A DNA stretch of 64,000 nt from Bacteroidia bacterium (GTDB lineage: Bacteria; Bacteroidota; Bacteroidia; M30B66). The stretch is taken from contig OZ257142.1 of NCBI GenBank assembly GCA_965279035.1, forward strand, positions 4,064,001 through 4,128,000, read 5' to 3'. Below are positions 1 through 9,143 of the stretch, one piece after another. The translations under genes and the position numbers were made by a program. Below the pieces are notes generated by a model, which ran no database searches, had not been told where the DNA came from, and saw only the letters and a list, made by a program, of their open reading frames with translations. Numbering within the stretch: position 1 is the first letter of the stretch; every line of letters starts with the position of its first letter.

Positions 1-1516
1 ATGCTAATGTTTTTACACTAGAAATGCCTGTTGGATCATACACGTAAGGAAGTGATGTATTGGAACATCCATTCGCATACGTGCAAGTGAGCGTATATGA
101 ACCACCTATTTCTCCCAAATTATAAATTTGATTTGTCGCGCCAGCAATGGGATTGCCATCCAAATTCCAAACATAAGAAACCGCATTGGCATTGGTTCCT
201 AGACTATTGCTGACTGAGAAAAAGTTGATATTCGGAACAGGTGCAATTCCAAATGTGTAATCCAAAGGCAAACTCGTTTCACTATAATTGGGACAGGTAG
301 CAGTATAAGCTGTAACTGTGTATGTTCCATTGGCTGTGACGGTATACGAACTTCCAGATTGACCTTCGATCAAAGATCCATTCTTAAACCAAGAAATGGA
401 ATTCGTAAATGGACTACCAACTGTTAAAATAACCATATCGCCTTCGCACAATGTTTCTCCATTTGGAAATTCCGAAATCACGAAAATGGGTAAGAAAACC
501 CAACCATCCACCAAAACCGAAGGAGACATTTCGGCACAACCATTTACAGTTGTTTCAACGCTGTATTGCGCGCCGGCTGCAGAAAATGCATCAACTACTA
601 AAAAAGAATCGGTCGCGCCGCTTAATGCTACACCTTCGCGATACCATTGATACGAATCGGCCGCTTGAGTAAAAAGTGTATCTGAACTATTCGGACAAAG
701 CACCAAATCTCCAGGAATTACAATAGGATCTTGCGTGCATTCCTGAACAAATGCGGTGTAATCATAAGGTGCAGAAAAACGAGAACAGGCTGTAGAAAAA
801 ATAGCTTCAACAGTAATTTGTCCATTCGCTTGAGGCAAATAACTCGAACCTGTTGCATTCGCAATGGGATTTCCATCTAAAAACCATTGATACGAACCGG
901 CTGTTGTGCTAGTACTTAAAACCAATGTTCCAGTATTAAACTGTATAACGGGAGTTTGAGAAGCAGTAAAATTAAATACTGTAGCTGCACTCGTTTGACT
1001 AAACAAAGGACATTGATCCGTATAAGCAATCACTGTGTATGAACCCGATTGACTTAATGAAAGTGTGTCGTTGGTTTGTCCGCTAAGTTGAACTCCATTC
1101 CGAAACCAGCGAATATTCACGTTATACGGATCATTTACGATTAACTGACGTGGTTCTCCTTCACAACCTGTAAGAGGAAGATTTTCACCAACCGATAAAG
1201 CAATTGATGGAGCGTTATACAAACTAACACTTGCGCTTGGAGATGCTTCGGTGCAGCCATTAATTGTAGAAGCAACAATGAAACTCTGACCTGCATCCGT
1301 TGCCGAATTAACAACCAAATAGGGATGGTTCGAATTAGCAACCGGATTTCCTCCACGATACCATTGATACGATGTTGCCGGCTCGGTCCATAAGGTGTCG
1401 GAGCTATTCGGACAAAGTTGCAAACTTGAAGGCGTAATGGTTGGATTAAATGGACATTGCCCTATCAATGCGGCCAAAAAACCCAAGTTGAAAAGCCAAA
1501 AAAGAAGCGTTTTCAT
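1..1516 (-). CDS. Secreted Ig-like repeat protein, probable T9SS cargo (3' end runs off the window)
   Basis: Not in the ORF track because it is truncated. Manual translation from ATG at 1516 gives MKTLLFWLFNLGFLAALIGQCPFNPTITPSSLQLCPNSSDTLWTEPATSYQWYRGG..., and the frame matches PYVYDPTGISSVKTLA at the window edge, which resembles a linker before a T9SS CTD. Contains repeated SYQW/SYTV Ig-like modules. Confidence 0.85.
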   Translation of the reverse strand, partial: MKTLLFWLFNLGFLAALIGQCPFNPTITPSSLQLCPNSSDTLWTEPATSYQWYRGGNPVANSNHPYLVVNSATDAGQSFIVASTINGCTEASPSASVSLYNAPSIALSVGENLPLTGCEGEPRQLIVNDPYNVNIRWFRNGVQLSGQTNDTLSLSQSGSYTVIAYTDQCPLFSQTSAATVFNFTASQTPVIQFNTGTLVLSTSTTAGSYQWFLDGNPIANATGSSYLPQANGQITVEAIFSTACSRFSAPYDYTAFVQECTQDPIVIPGDLVLCPNSSDTLFTQAADSYQWYREGVALSGATDSFLVVDAFSAAGAQYSVETTVNGCAEMSPSVLVDGWVFLPIFVISEFPNGETLCEGDMVILTVGSPFTNSISWFKNGSLIEGQSGSSYTVTANGTYTVTAYTATCPNYSETSLPLDYTFGIAPVPNINFFSVSNSLGTNANAVSYVWNLDGNPIAGATNQIYNLGEIGGSYTLTCTYANGCSNTSLPYVYDPTGISSVKTLA

Positions 1517-1589
1517 GGCGATAGATTTTGTAAAAATGGTTGAAGAGGTGAAGTTACTAAATATTAGCAGCTTTCATCTTCAAATGAAA

Positions 1590-2369
1590 TCAATCTTCAT
1601 TCTGACCAATTCGTTGACGAACTACCTCATAAACCACGAGTGCAGTTGCCACTGAAACATTGAGTGAACCTGTTTTTCCAAACATGGGAATCTTTACTCG
1701 TTCATCACAACGTTTGAGGTATTCAGGGCTGATTCCATCTTCTTCTGACCCCATAATAATTCCCAATGGCCCTTCGAGTTTGGTTGCGTAAAGTGGACTT
1801 TCGGTTTTCTCTGTACATCCAACCAAACGAATACCTGAATTTTTGAGGTAGTCGAGCGTGTCTTTTAAGTTAGTAGAACGACAAACAGGTAAATTCATCA
1901 ACGCGCCAGCAGAGGTTTTCATTGCATCTCCACCCACACGCGCACTTCCGCGAGAAGGAATGATTACGGCATCAATTCCAGCACATTCGGCAGTTCGACA
2001 AATTGCACCAAAATTTCGCACATCGGTTACCCGATCGAGAATGAGTAAAAATGGATCACGCCCAGACTCATAAACGCGTTGAAGTACTTCTTCGATGGGC
2101 TGAAACGTAACAGGAGAAATAAATCCAATCACACCTTGATGATTAGCGCGTGTCATGCGATCGAGCTTTTCGCGTGGCACCAACTGAAGCGGAATTTCCA
2201 ACTCATCCAACAATTCACGTAACTCATGCAATTGAGGAGAACGTAATCCCGTTTGCATGATCACTTTATCGACATCGGCCGAACTTCGGAGCGCCTCCAA
2301 CACGGGAAACATTCCGAAAATCATTTCCGAAGAGTCTTGTGCAGGCTTATGGTGAAAAGGTTTATTCAT
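1590..2369 (-). CDS. rlmB: 23S rRNA (G2251-2'-O)-methyltransferase RlmB
   Basis: SpoU motifs LDRVTDVRNFGAICRTA, GSEEDGIS and IPMFGKTGSLNVSVA; NHQGVIG. Start moved to MNKPF, which overlaps the GWxTD stop. Confidence 0.93.
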   Translation of the reverse strand: MNKPFHHKPAQDSSEMIFGMFPVLEALRSSADVDKVIMQTGLRSPQLHELRELLDELEIPLQLVPREKLDRMTRANHQGVIGFISPVTFQPIEEVLQRVYESGRDPFLLILDRVTDVRNFGAICRTAECAGIDAVIIPSRGSARVGGDAMKTSAGALMNLPVCRSTNLKDTLDYLKNSGIRLVGCTEKTESPLYATKLEGPLGIIMGSEEDGISPEYLKRCDERVKIPMFGKTGSLNVSVATALVVYEVVRQRIGQNED

Positions 2370-3597
2370 AGCTAAATGCATTTCCATTCCTCCAGCTTTC
2401 AACAGCTTTATACCAAACTGTGGCATAACTAGCTCTTCGTTCAAGACGGTAATCATCTTGTGAAAAAGCATTGCTACTGCGTTCGAACCGAAAATTGAGT
2501 GGAACTAAACTCGATTGAGGTGTGTAATTCCATTCTTCTGCTCGACCATTGTTAAATACGCTAGAAGGAGGGCCAAAGATCGTATAAATCATCCCCCGGT
2601 CGGTTCTCCAACCTGAAGTATACGTTGTGAAAAGAAAGTTTGCTTGTCGAATTCGCTCCAGCCAAGCTTTTTCAACTGCTTCTGAATGAACCCGATCGTG
2701 ACCAAGAAGCTTCCACAAATGAAAATCTTCTACGCCTGAATTTTGCTTGATTTCCTCTTTTTGCATCAAATACACCAAGCTTCTAAATCGCTCCGCATCA
2801 CTACTCAAACTAGGAAAGTTCTTTCCAACTACGATCAGTCCAATGCCCGATTGCGGATACTTTTCACTGCATATTTTCAAAAATTCAAGCTTTTCAAACC
2901 GGAATTCGAGCAAATCATCTTTGCTAATTTTTTCTTTCAAAAAGGGAGAAGGAAAAGGTTTCTGCTCACTCGAAACAGCAAATGGTGGTGCTGGCAAAGG
3001 AAATTCTGCTGAATAATGTTCTATAATAAATTGATCTTCTGATGAATTTATGTAGCTAATAGAACACGGAACGCCCTGTTTCAACCAAGGATGTATGCTT
3101 GGATTTCCCTTTTCTATCACATGAAAATCAAGTGCTGAACCAACTTCTAATCGACTCAAATTTTGATACAGAATATGGGAACGATTCTTCTGTAAATCGC
3201 GAACATCAATGACCAAAAGTCCTTCTGTGCCTTGCATCATAGGCAAATGCAACTCTGCTCCTAAAAACGTTGATGTATCTGCAATGCCCGATTCTAAAAC
3301 CAGTGGGGGACTCCAAACGGGCTTTTTCTTTTTAAATTCTGGATAAAATGTAGCACGAATGAGTAAACGCCGGCGTGGCTCAAGTCCAGCAGCATCGGGC
3401 ATCAAACCCAATTCGGAACTTAAAAAGCGTAAGCGGATGGCAACACTATCTTGCGAAAAAGACCAGTATTGCATTTCCATTGCTGGACTTGGTAATGGAA
3501 ATCGGTAGTTGACATACCGGTTTTGAACAAACGGATTTTTTAGTACTGAACAGCCTGTCAGGATTACCAATAGTAAAATGCTACTCTTCTTCCCCAT
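2362..3597 (-). CDS. GWxTD domain-containing lipoprotein
   Basis: SGWRTDRGMIYTIFGPP signature; lipobox-like LVILTGC after MGKKSS. Confidence 0.88.
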   Translation of the reverse strand: MGKKSSILLLVILTGCSVLKNPFVQNRYVNYRFPLPSPAMEMQYWSFSQDSVAIRLRFLSSELGLMPDAAGLEPRRRLLIRATFYPEFKKKKPVWSPPLVLESGIADTSTFLGAELHLPMMQGTEGLLVIDVRDLQKNRSHILYQNLSRLEVGSALDFHVIEKGNPSIHPWLKQGVPCSISYINSSEDQFIIEHYSAEFPLPAPPFAVSSEQKPFPSPFLKEKISKDDLLEFRFEKLEFLKICSEKYPQSGIGLIVVGKNFPSLSSDAERFRSLVYLMQKEEIKQNSGVEDFHLWKLLGHDRVHSEAVEKAWLERIRQANFLFTTYTSGWRTDRGMIYTIFGPPSSVFNNGRAEEWNYTPQSSLVPLNFRFERSSNAFSQDDYRLERRASYATVWYKAVESWRNGNAFSYE

Positions 3598-4918
3598 CCG
3601 GATCAGCACGATTAAGCAATGCACTTGGTAAACCCTTCGATGAACGTGCTCCCAATTTCTTCAATTTCTCGACGCGCGTAATTAGATTACCACTTCCATC
3701 AGTGAGTTTCTTCATCGACTCTTCATAGGTCTTTTTCGCCGTGTCCATTTGATTTCCCAGTTTGATCAAATCTTCACTAAATGCGACAAACTTGTCGTAT
3801 AATTTACCACCCTGATCGGCAATTTCCTGTGCATTCTGATTTTGGTATTCTTGTCGCCAAATACTAGCAATGGTGCGCAACGTAGCTAACAAAGTTGTTG
3901 GGCTCACAACGACAATGTTTTTGTCGAATGCTTCATTAAATAATGCGGGATCTAATTGCACTGCTGCAGCAAATGCGGGTTCAATAGGCACAAAAAGCAA
4001 AACAAAATCGAGACTTTTCAAGGAATGCAATTGTTGGTAGTTCTTTTCCGACAAGCCTTTAATATGTGCCCGAAGCGAAGCCAAATGCTCTTTCTCGGCA
4101 ATGTGTCGCTGAGTTTCCTCTTCGGCACTCACCATTTTCTCGTAACCAACCAAAGAAACTTTCGAATCAATTACGATCGATTTTCCTTCAGGCAAACGGA
4201 TAATCACATCGGGCTGAAAGCGTCGTCCTTCCTCATCATTATGACTTTCTTGCACCACATATTCCCGTCCTTTCGTTAGACCAGACTTTTCTAAAACCGA
4301 TTCCAAAATAAACTCACCCCAATTTCCTTGGGTTTTGGTTTCGCCTTTCAGCGCTTTGGTGAGGTTTATCGCGTCTTTACTCATTTGCTGGTTAAGTTCT
4401 TTCAAACTTCCAATCTGCTCGCGCAATGCTGAAAAATCTTGTAAGGAAGCTTTATGCGTGGTATCGACCGTCTTTTCGAATTCGGCAATTTTTTCTTTGA
4501 GCGGTTTCAAGATGAGATCGATATTTTCTTTGTTGGTTTCTGTAAAACGTTTGGATTTGTCTTCGAGCAACTCGTTGGCAATGTTGCGAAACTCCAAGTT
4601 GAAGCGTTCGCGTAATTGCTCCACCTCTTGCTTTTGCTCGTCCATTCGTTCTTTTAACGAATCGTGACTACTTTTCCATTGCACCGCTTGAGCACTCGAT
4701 TGCATGAATTGCTCTCGTATAGAATCAGCATCTTTTCGAATGCGGAGCAATTCTTCCTCTTTACTAATCAATAGCTGTTGTGCCGATGCTAAATCCGATT
4801 GTGTTTTAATAGACTCTTGCAAATTAGTCTGCTGACTTTGAGCTAATTGCGACTTCGCCCACAGAAAAACAATCAAAGATCCTACAGCCAAGCCAGCAAG
4901 TAAAAAAACAACCTCCAT
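3581..4918 (-). CDS. rmuC: DNA recombination protein RmuC
   Basis: N-terminal TM helix, coiled coil, QGNWGEFILE, PDVIIRLPEGKSIVIDSK, FVLLFVPIE, SPTTLLATL. Confidence 0.95.
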   Translation of the reverse strand: MEVVFLLAGLAVGSLIVFLWAKSQLAQSQQTNLQESIKTQSDLASAQQLLISKEEELLRIRKDADSIREQFMQSSAQAVQWKSSHDSLKERMDEQKQEVEQLRERFNLEFRNIANELLEDKSKRFTETNKENIDLILKPLKEKIAEFEKTVDTTHKASLQDFSALREQIGSLKELNQQMSKDAINLTKALKGETKTQGNWGEFILESVLEKSGLTKGREYVVQESHNDEEGRRFQPDVIIRLPEGKSIVIDSKVSLVGYEKMVSAEEETQRHIAEKEHLASLRAHIKGLSEKNYQQLHSLKSLDFVLLFVPIEPAFAAAVQLDPALFNEAFDKNIVVVSPTTLLATLRTIASIWRQEYQNQNAQEIADQGGKLYDKFVAFSEDLIKLGNQMDTAKKTYEESMKKLTDGSGNLITRVEKLKKLGARSSKGLPSALLNRADPDGEEE

Positions 4919-4997
4919 GTGGAATATTAAGTAGCTGCAAATTACACGATTCTATTACCGGAATTCTAGATTTATCAATTTAAGTATTGGTGTTTTT

Positions 4998-5113
4998 GGG
5001 CGTGTCCTTCGGTAGCGTTTTTCGTTACATTCCGATAATTATCGGAACCTCGTTTATGCCTTCGCTAAGGCGATGGCATAAACTCCGGGCTTTCCACTAC
5101 AACCGCTCACGCA
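4998..5113 (+). repeat. Structured intergenic element (Flavo-1-like) carrying inserted palindromes, copy A
   Basis: GGGCGTGTCC...CGGGCTTTCCACTACAACCGCTCACGC with a GCGTG/CACGC closing stem. Contains the 18-bp perfect palindrome TTCCGATAATTATCGGAA (5030-5047) and a GTTTATGCC...GGCATAAAC hairpin. The family name is from recollection only. Confidence 0.6.
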
Positions 5114-5332
5114 TCTCAGGACAATTGAATCATCTGGAAAAACTTATCAACTATATTGTTCAAAAACAGCCGTTTATAAACGTTTACTATACGACTTACC
5201 TCAATAGGATTCCTTAACTTTAAGTTGGTGGGTGGTTAGTGGTCGGCCCCGCGTGTACGCGAGATTAATACGCATATTTTCAATACGTTACAAATTACTT
5301 TTCGGGGTTTTCTTGTGTAAAAACGCTTTTTC

Positions 5333-5436
5333 TGCGCGAGTGGTTGAGGCGGTTAGCCCACAGCGTTTGCCGCAGCTTTAGCGAAGGTAAAAAGCGAGGT
5401 TCCGATAATTATCGGAATAAGCCGAAAACACGGCCC
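5333..5436 (-). repeat. Structured intergenic element (Flavo-1-like), inverted copy B
   Basis: Reverse complement reads GGGCCGTG...ATTCCGATAATTATCGGAACCTCG...CCTTCGCTAAAGCTGCGGC...GGGCTAACCGCCTCAACCACTCGCGC. Shares 24 identical nt with copy A in inverted orientation. Confidence 0.6.
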
Positions 5437-5486
5437 TTAACGAAATGCTTCTTTCTACGCGTGTATTTAAAAAGGGCAAGCCCAAT

Positions 5487-7226
5487 TTAAAATAAGCTTG
5501 TTATCCCGAAATGCACTTTAGCCGATTTGAATGCAATGGGATTATCGAATTGTTTACCTAATGCATAGGAAATGGAGAAAATACCCGCTTTGGTTTCGAA
5601 ACTCATGCCTGCCCCAAATCCAAATGGACGATCTACAACATCGCGGTTAACGGCTTTGTTCTCATAATAAGCACCATTCCAAAATGCAAAAAGAAAGGAA
5701 TTTTCTTCCAACAAATATCGGTATTCCAAATTCAAAATCGAATACGCCGAAGCAAAAATGGATTCCTCGTTAAAGCCACGTAAAGTATTATTTCCACCAA
5801 TACGCGAAAGCTCATTTTCGAATACATTGGCTCCATTAATCACACTCGCCAAAACTCCAATATTAAAAGTGGAACGATTACGAATGGGTATGAAAAAGTC
5901 AGCATCAACATGTCCATTGTATTGCACCGAACGCAATGTGAGCTTGTCGTATAATTCCTGTTTAAGCGCTGGATTTTTTTGAATTGTACGTGTTCCTGTC
6001 CCAAATCTTGCAATCAATCGATACCCTTTTCGTGGATTTAAGCGATAATCGAGTCGAGTGAGATTGACTTCAATTCCATACAAATTGGCGTGAATATCGG
6101 CATAATCGGGAAGCGTTAAAATATTCTCAAGTCCACGTGTGGAAAGCAAATTAGAACTTCTGTTTTCAAAAAAAGCTTTGAGGTAATCGGTTCCTTTCAT
6201 GAGGTATTGCAAACCGATATTTTGCTGAACATTGATAAAACTGGTATCGCGCTTATACAAACCAAAAGCACCTTCAACACCAATGCGTGTATTGAATAAA
6301 AAAGGCCAGCCGAGTTTGATATTCAAGCTTTGGGTTCCTTGTTGCAATCGCCGCCATTCGGCATCAATCAATTCGCCACGTCCCAAACTATTTTTGAGTT
6401 TGAGGTTGACTTCACCGGTAAGTAATAGCTTTCCATTATTAGAAGTATTAGGCAAAATACCTACAATACCATTGAAACTACTAGCTTTTCGATCGTTCAA
6501 ATACAAACGAACAAGTGTTGAATTCTCTAACAAAAACACATCGGCTGGACGCGTTTCAGTTAAAAAGGGCAGTTCTTTTAAACGTATGGATATCTGCCTC
6601 ATGACAGCCTCATTATAAACATCGCCCGGACGAATTCCGATGTAGTTATAGAGATAACGTGATGTTATTCGAGCGGTTCCACGGATGGTCACACTATCAA
6701 TATGAAATAGTTCACCCTTTTCGACGCGCAAACCAGCTTCGATCATGGGTGAGTTGGTTTTCAAACTATCAAACCTCAAGCTGACAAATGGATACCCATT
6801 ATTTTCGTAATAGGTGATGATTTTTCGCATCATCCGTCGCGTTTGATTGTAACGAAAGGGACGATTTCGATATATCTTTTCTCTGAATCCACTGTTGCTT
6901 AACGCTCCTTCATCCACGTTGATCGAATGCAAGCGCGACCATCGATAGGCTTCTCCTCGATAAATAAAAACATGCAAGGAATCTGTCTTTGCAATTGAAT
7001 CGATTTTATGTTCAATACGATCTACACCGGCAGTTAAAAACCCTTCTTCTTGCAATGATAGAACGAGATCATTCACTGCTTTTTGTCTTAATTCTGGTGA
7101 AGAAAAGGAGGATTTTGGACTTGGATGAAATGGTTTATTTTCATGCAGATCGGTTGCGATTAGGCGATACGATTGCGCATAAGTACTTAATGAAATAAAG
7201 GATAAAAGAAAAATCCGGATGAGCAT
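5487..7226 (-). CDS. BamA/TamA (Omp85) family outer membrane protein with POTRA domains
   Basis: Signal peptide; POTRA-like YENNGYPF; IGGNNTLRGFNE loop motif; C-terminal VHFGITSLF. Confidence 0.88.
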   Translation of the reverse strand: MLIRIFLLSFISLSTYAQSYRLIATDLHENKPFHPSPKSSFSSPELRQKAVNDLVLSLQEEGFLTAGVDRIEHKIDSIAKTDSLHVFIYRGEAYRWSRLHSINVDEGALSNSGFREKIYRNRPFRYNQTRRMMRKIITYYENNGYPFVSLRFDSLKTNSPMIEAGLRVEKGELFHIDSVTIRGTARITSRYLYNYIGIRPGDVYNEAVMRQISIRLKELPFLTETRPADVFLLENSTLVRLYLNDRKASSFNGIVGILPNTSNNGKLLLTGEVNLKLKNSLGRGELIDAEWRRLQQGTQSLNIKLGWPFLFNTRIGVEGAFGLYKRDTSFINVQQNIGLQYLMKGTDYLKAFFENRSSNLLSTRGLENILTLPDYADIHANLYGIEVNLTRLDYRLNPRKGYRLIARFGTGTRTIQKNPALKQELYDKLTLRSVQYNGHVDADFFIPIRNRSTFNIGVLASVINGANVFENELSRIGGNNTLRGFNEESIFASAYSILNLEYRYLLEENSFLFAFWNGAYYENKAVNRDVVDRPFGFGAGMSFETKAGIFSISYALGKQFDNPIAFKSAKVHFGITSLF

Positions 7227-7227
7227 G

Positions 7228-7914
7228 TTAAGGAAGGCTCCAATCGATTGGTGTTAGTCCTTGATCGAGCAAAATCTTATTGGTATAACTAAAATGACGA
7301 CAACCAAAAAATCCATTATACGCTGATAAAGGCGATGGATGAGCGGCTTTTAGTACAAAATGTTTGTTTGTATCGATGAGTTTTTCTTTGAGTTGAGCTG
7401 GCCTTCCCCATAAAAGAAACACAAGACCTTTTCGTTTTTCAGAAAGCAAACGAATGACTTGATCGGTAAATTGTTCCCAGCCTTTTCCTTGATGAGAAGC
7501 GGGAGATGCAGCACGAACAGTTAATGTAGCATTGAGAAGCAAAACTCCTTGATTTGCCCAACGTGTTAAATCACCTTCGCGACCAACTTCTGACTGCAAA
7601 TCCTGCCGAATTTCTTTAAAAATATTGACCAATGAAGGTGGTATTTTTACTTCAGGACTAACAGAGAAGCACATTCCATTGGCCTGTCCGGGACCATGAT
7701 ACGGATCTTGCCCCATGATCACTACTTTCACTTTATCAAATGGGATATGATTAAAAGCGGCAAATATTTGTCCTCCTGGAGGATAGATGGTCGCTTCAGC
7801 ACGTTCTTTAATAAGAAACTCTTTCAATAAAGCGAAATAAGGCTTTTGAAATTCGTCGCCAAGTGCTTCTTTCCAGCTTTGCTCAATTTTCGGCTGGATA
7901 ACCAAACTTTCCAT
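7228..7914 (-). CDS. ung: Uracil-DNA glycosylase
   Basis: [31 protein letters not shown]. Start at MESLVIQ, downstream of a TATGTTTG -7 element. Confidence 0.97.
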   Translation of the reverse strand: MESLVIQPKIEQSWKEALGDEFQKPYFALLKEFLIKERAEATIYPPGGQIFAAFNHIPFDKVKVVIMGQDPYHGPGQANGMCFSVSPEVKIPPSLVNIFKEIRQDLQSEVGREGDLTRWANQGVLLLNATLTVRAASPASHQGKGWEQFTDQVIRLLSEKRKGLVFLLWGRPAQLKEKLIDTNKHFVLKAAHPSPLSAYNGFFGCRHFSYTNKILLDQGLTPIDWSLP

Positions 7915-8042
7915 GTGATTTCTTTCCTGCAAACATACGGATTCGAATATCCTCAACGTTTGCTGTTCATAACCTTTCGATTTTCATCCCGTATCGTTGA
8001 GAAATATCCTTTTCGGGATAAAATTGACCTTTTAAAAAAAAT

Positions 8043-8174
8043 ATGCTGTCTACAAAAAAAATATTCGTCCTTGGTTCTGCATTGATTCTATTGATGTCCA
8101 TAGGCTGTAAGTCGCATGTTGACTGTCCTGCATACAGTAAATCGAACAACCAACACAAAAAGTCGGGCGCTTAA
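8043..8174 (+). CDS. Small lipoprotein (43 aa) with HVDCPAY motif, copy 1
   Basis: Manual translation: MLSTKKIFVLGSALILLMSIGCKSHVDCPAYSKSNNQHKKSGA. Basic n-region, hydrophobic h-region, lipobox Cys22. Below the ORF-track cutoff. Confidence 0.8.
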   Translation: MLSTKKIFVLGSALILLMSIGCKSHVDCPAYSKSNNQHKKSGA

Positions 8175-8210
8175 AGTTAATTGCTTATTTTTGCGCTGAA
8201 TAAAAGAGAG

Positions 8211-8348
8211 ATGAACCGACCGAAAGTTGTTTTAATTGCCGTCCTTTTTCTAGGAACTACCTTGATGATGTCTTGCAGATCAAGAAAACATGTTGACTGT
8301 CCTGCATACGGCAAAAACACAGAGCAATCTGCAACAAAACATTCATAG
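8211..8348 (+). CDS. Small lipoprotein (45 aa) with HVDCPAY motif, copy 2
   Basis: Manual translation: MNRPKVVLIAVLFLGTTLMMSCRSRKHVDCPAYGKNTEQSATKHS. Lipobox Cys22; TATTTTTG -7 element at 8186-8193. Confidence 0.8.
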   Translation: MNRPKVVLIAVLFLGTTLMMSCRSRKHVDCPAYGKNTEQSATKHS

Positions 8349-8352
8349 TAAA

Positions 8353-8694
8353 ATGCTAAACTGGATCCCTCTGGCAACAGAGCGACAGTTAGACGAACTT
8401 GTTCAACTTTCCTTTACCGAAGGAGTTGATGCTGTTGCCATTTTCAAACATAGTACGCGCTGTTCAATTAGTTCAATGGTCAAAAATCGTTTAGAGCGCG
8501 TTTGGAATGTAGGTACTAAAAATATTCCTGTTTATTACCTTGATCTTATTGCGTTCCGTTCATTGAGCAACGAAATAGCAAACCGTTTCGGCATTGAACA
8601 CGAATCCCCTCAATTGCTTTTCATTCAAAAAGGCAAAGTTGTTTCTCACGCTTCCCATTCTGCGATTGAGGCAGAAATGATTGAAACGCTTTAG
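8353..8694 (+). CDS. ytxJ: Bacillithiol system redox-active protein YtxJ (BrxC family monothiol redoxin)
   Basis: IFKHSTRCSISS and IEHESPQLL motifs; start at MLNWIPL. Confidence 0.9.
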   Translation: MLNWIPLATERQLDELVQLSFTEGVDAVAIFKHSTRCSISSMVKNRLERVWNVGTKNIPVYYLDLIAFRSLSNEIANRFGIEHESPQLLFIQKGKVVSHASHSAIEAEMIETL

Positions 8695-9101
8695 ATTCCA
8701 AAGTCAAATGTGATTTCCTGTTCAATATCAGGATGAAGACTTAAAGCAACAGGACAAGTTCTGGCTGCTCGTTCTAATAATGTGCGTTGATGCTCATTTA
8801 ATGTAGAATCAAATCCATAAATCCGAATGGCGATTTTGGAAATTTTACGTGGTGATGCCGCCATGAATTTATCAACATCTGCTTCAATTCCTGAAAATGG
8901 AATCTGATGCGTTCTAGCCGCAATGCCCATAATAGTAAACATACAAGCTGACAAAGCCGCACATACCGAATCGGTTGGTGAGAAAGATTCACCTTTACCT
9001 TGATTGTCGAGTGGAGCATCTGTAATCAAGACTGATCCGGAAGAAACGTGTGTTTGTTCTGTTCGAAGATCTCCCAAATAGCGTGAATGAATAGTCGGCA
9101 T
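8691..9101 (-). CDS. OsmC family protein
   Basis: TDAPLDNQGKGESFSPTD..CAALSAC and ARTCPVALSL. Confidence 0.92.
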   Translation of the reverse strand: MPTIHSRYLGDLRTEQTHVSSGSVLITDAPLDNQGKGESFSPTDSVCAALSACMFTIMGIAARTHQIPFSGIEADVDKFMAASPRKISKIAIRIYGFDSTLNEHQRTLLERAARTCPVALSLHPDIEQEITFDFGI

Positions 9102-9143
9102 GGTATATCGATGGTTAAATTGAATCTGTTGTATCTTTGCTTA

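Noticed and set aside
4987-5217. 76-aa ORF over the structured repeat
   Set aside because: TTG start, overlaps the palindromic elements and has no protein-like features.
8115-8309. 21-nt direct repeat as a mini CRISPR array or att site
   Set aside because: Only two copies, 174 bp apart, both in frame inside lipoprotein ORFs; no cas or integrase genes nearby.
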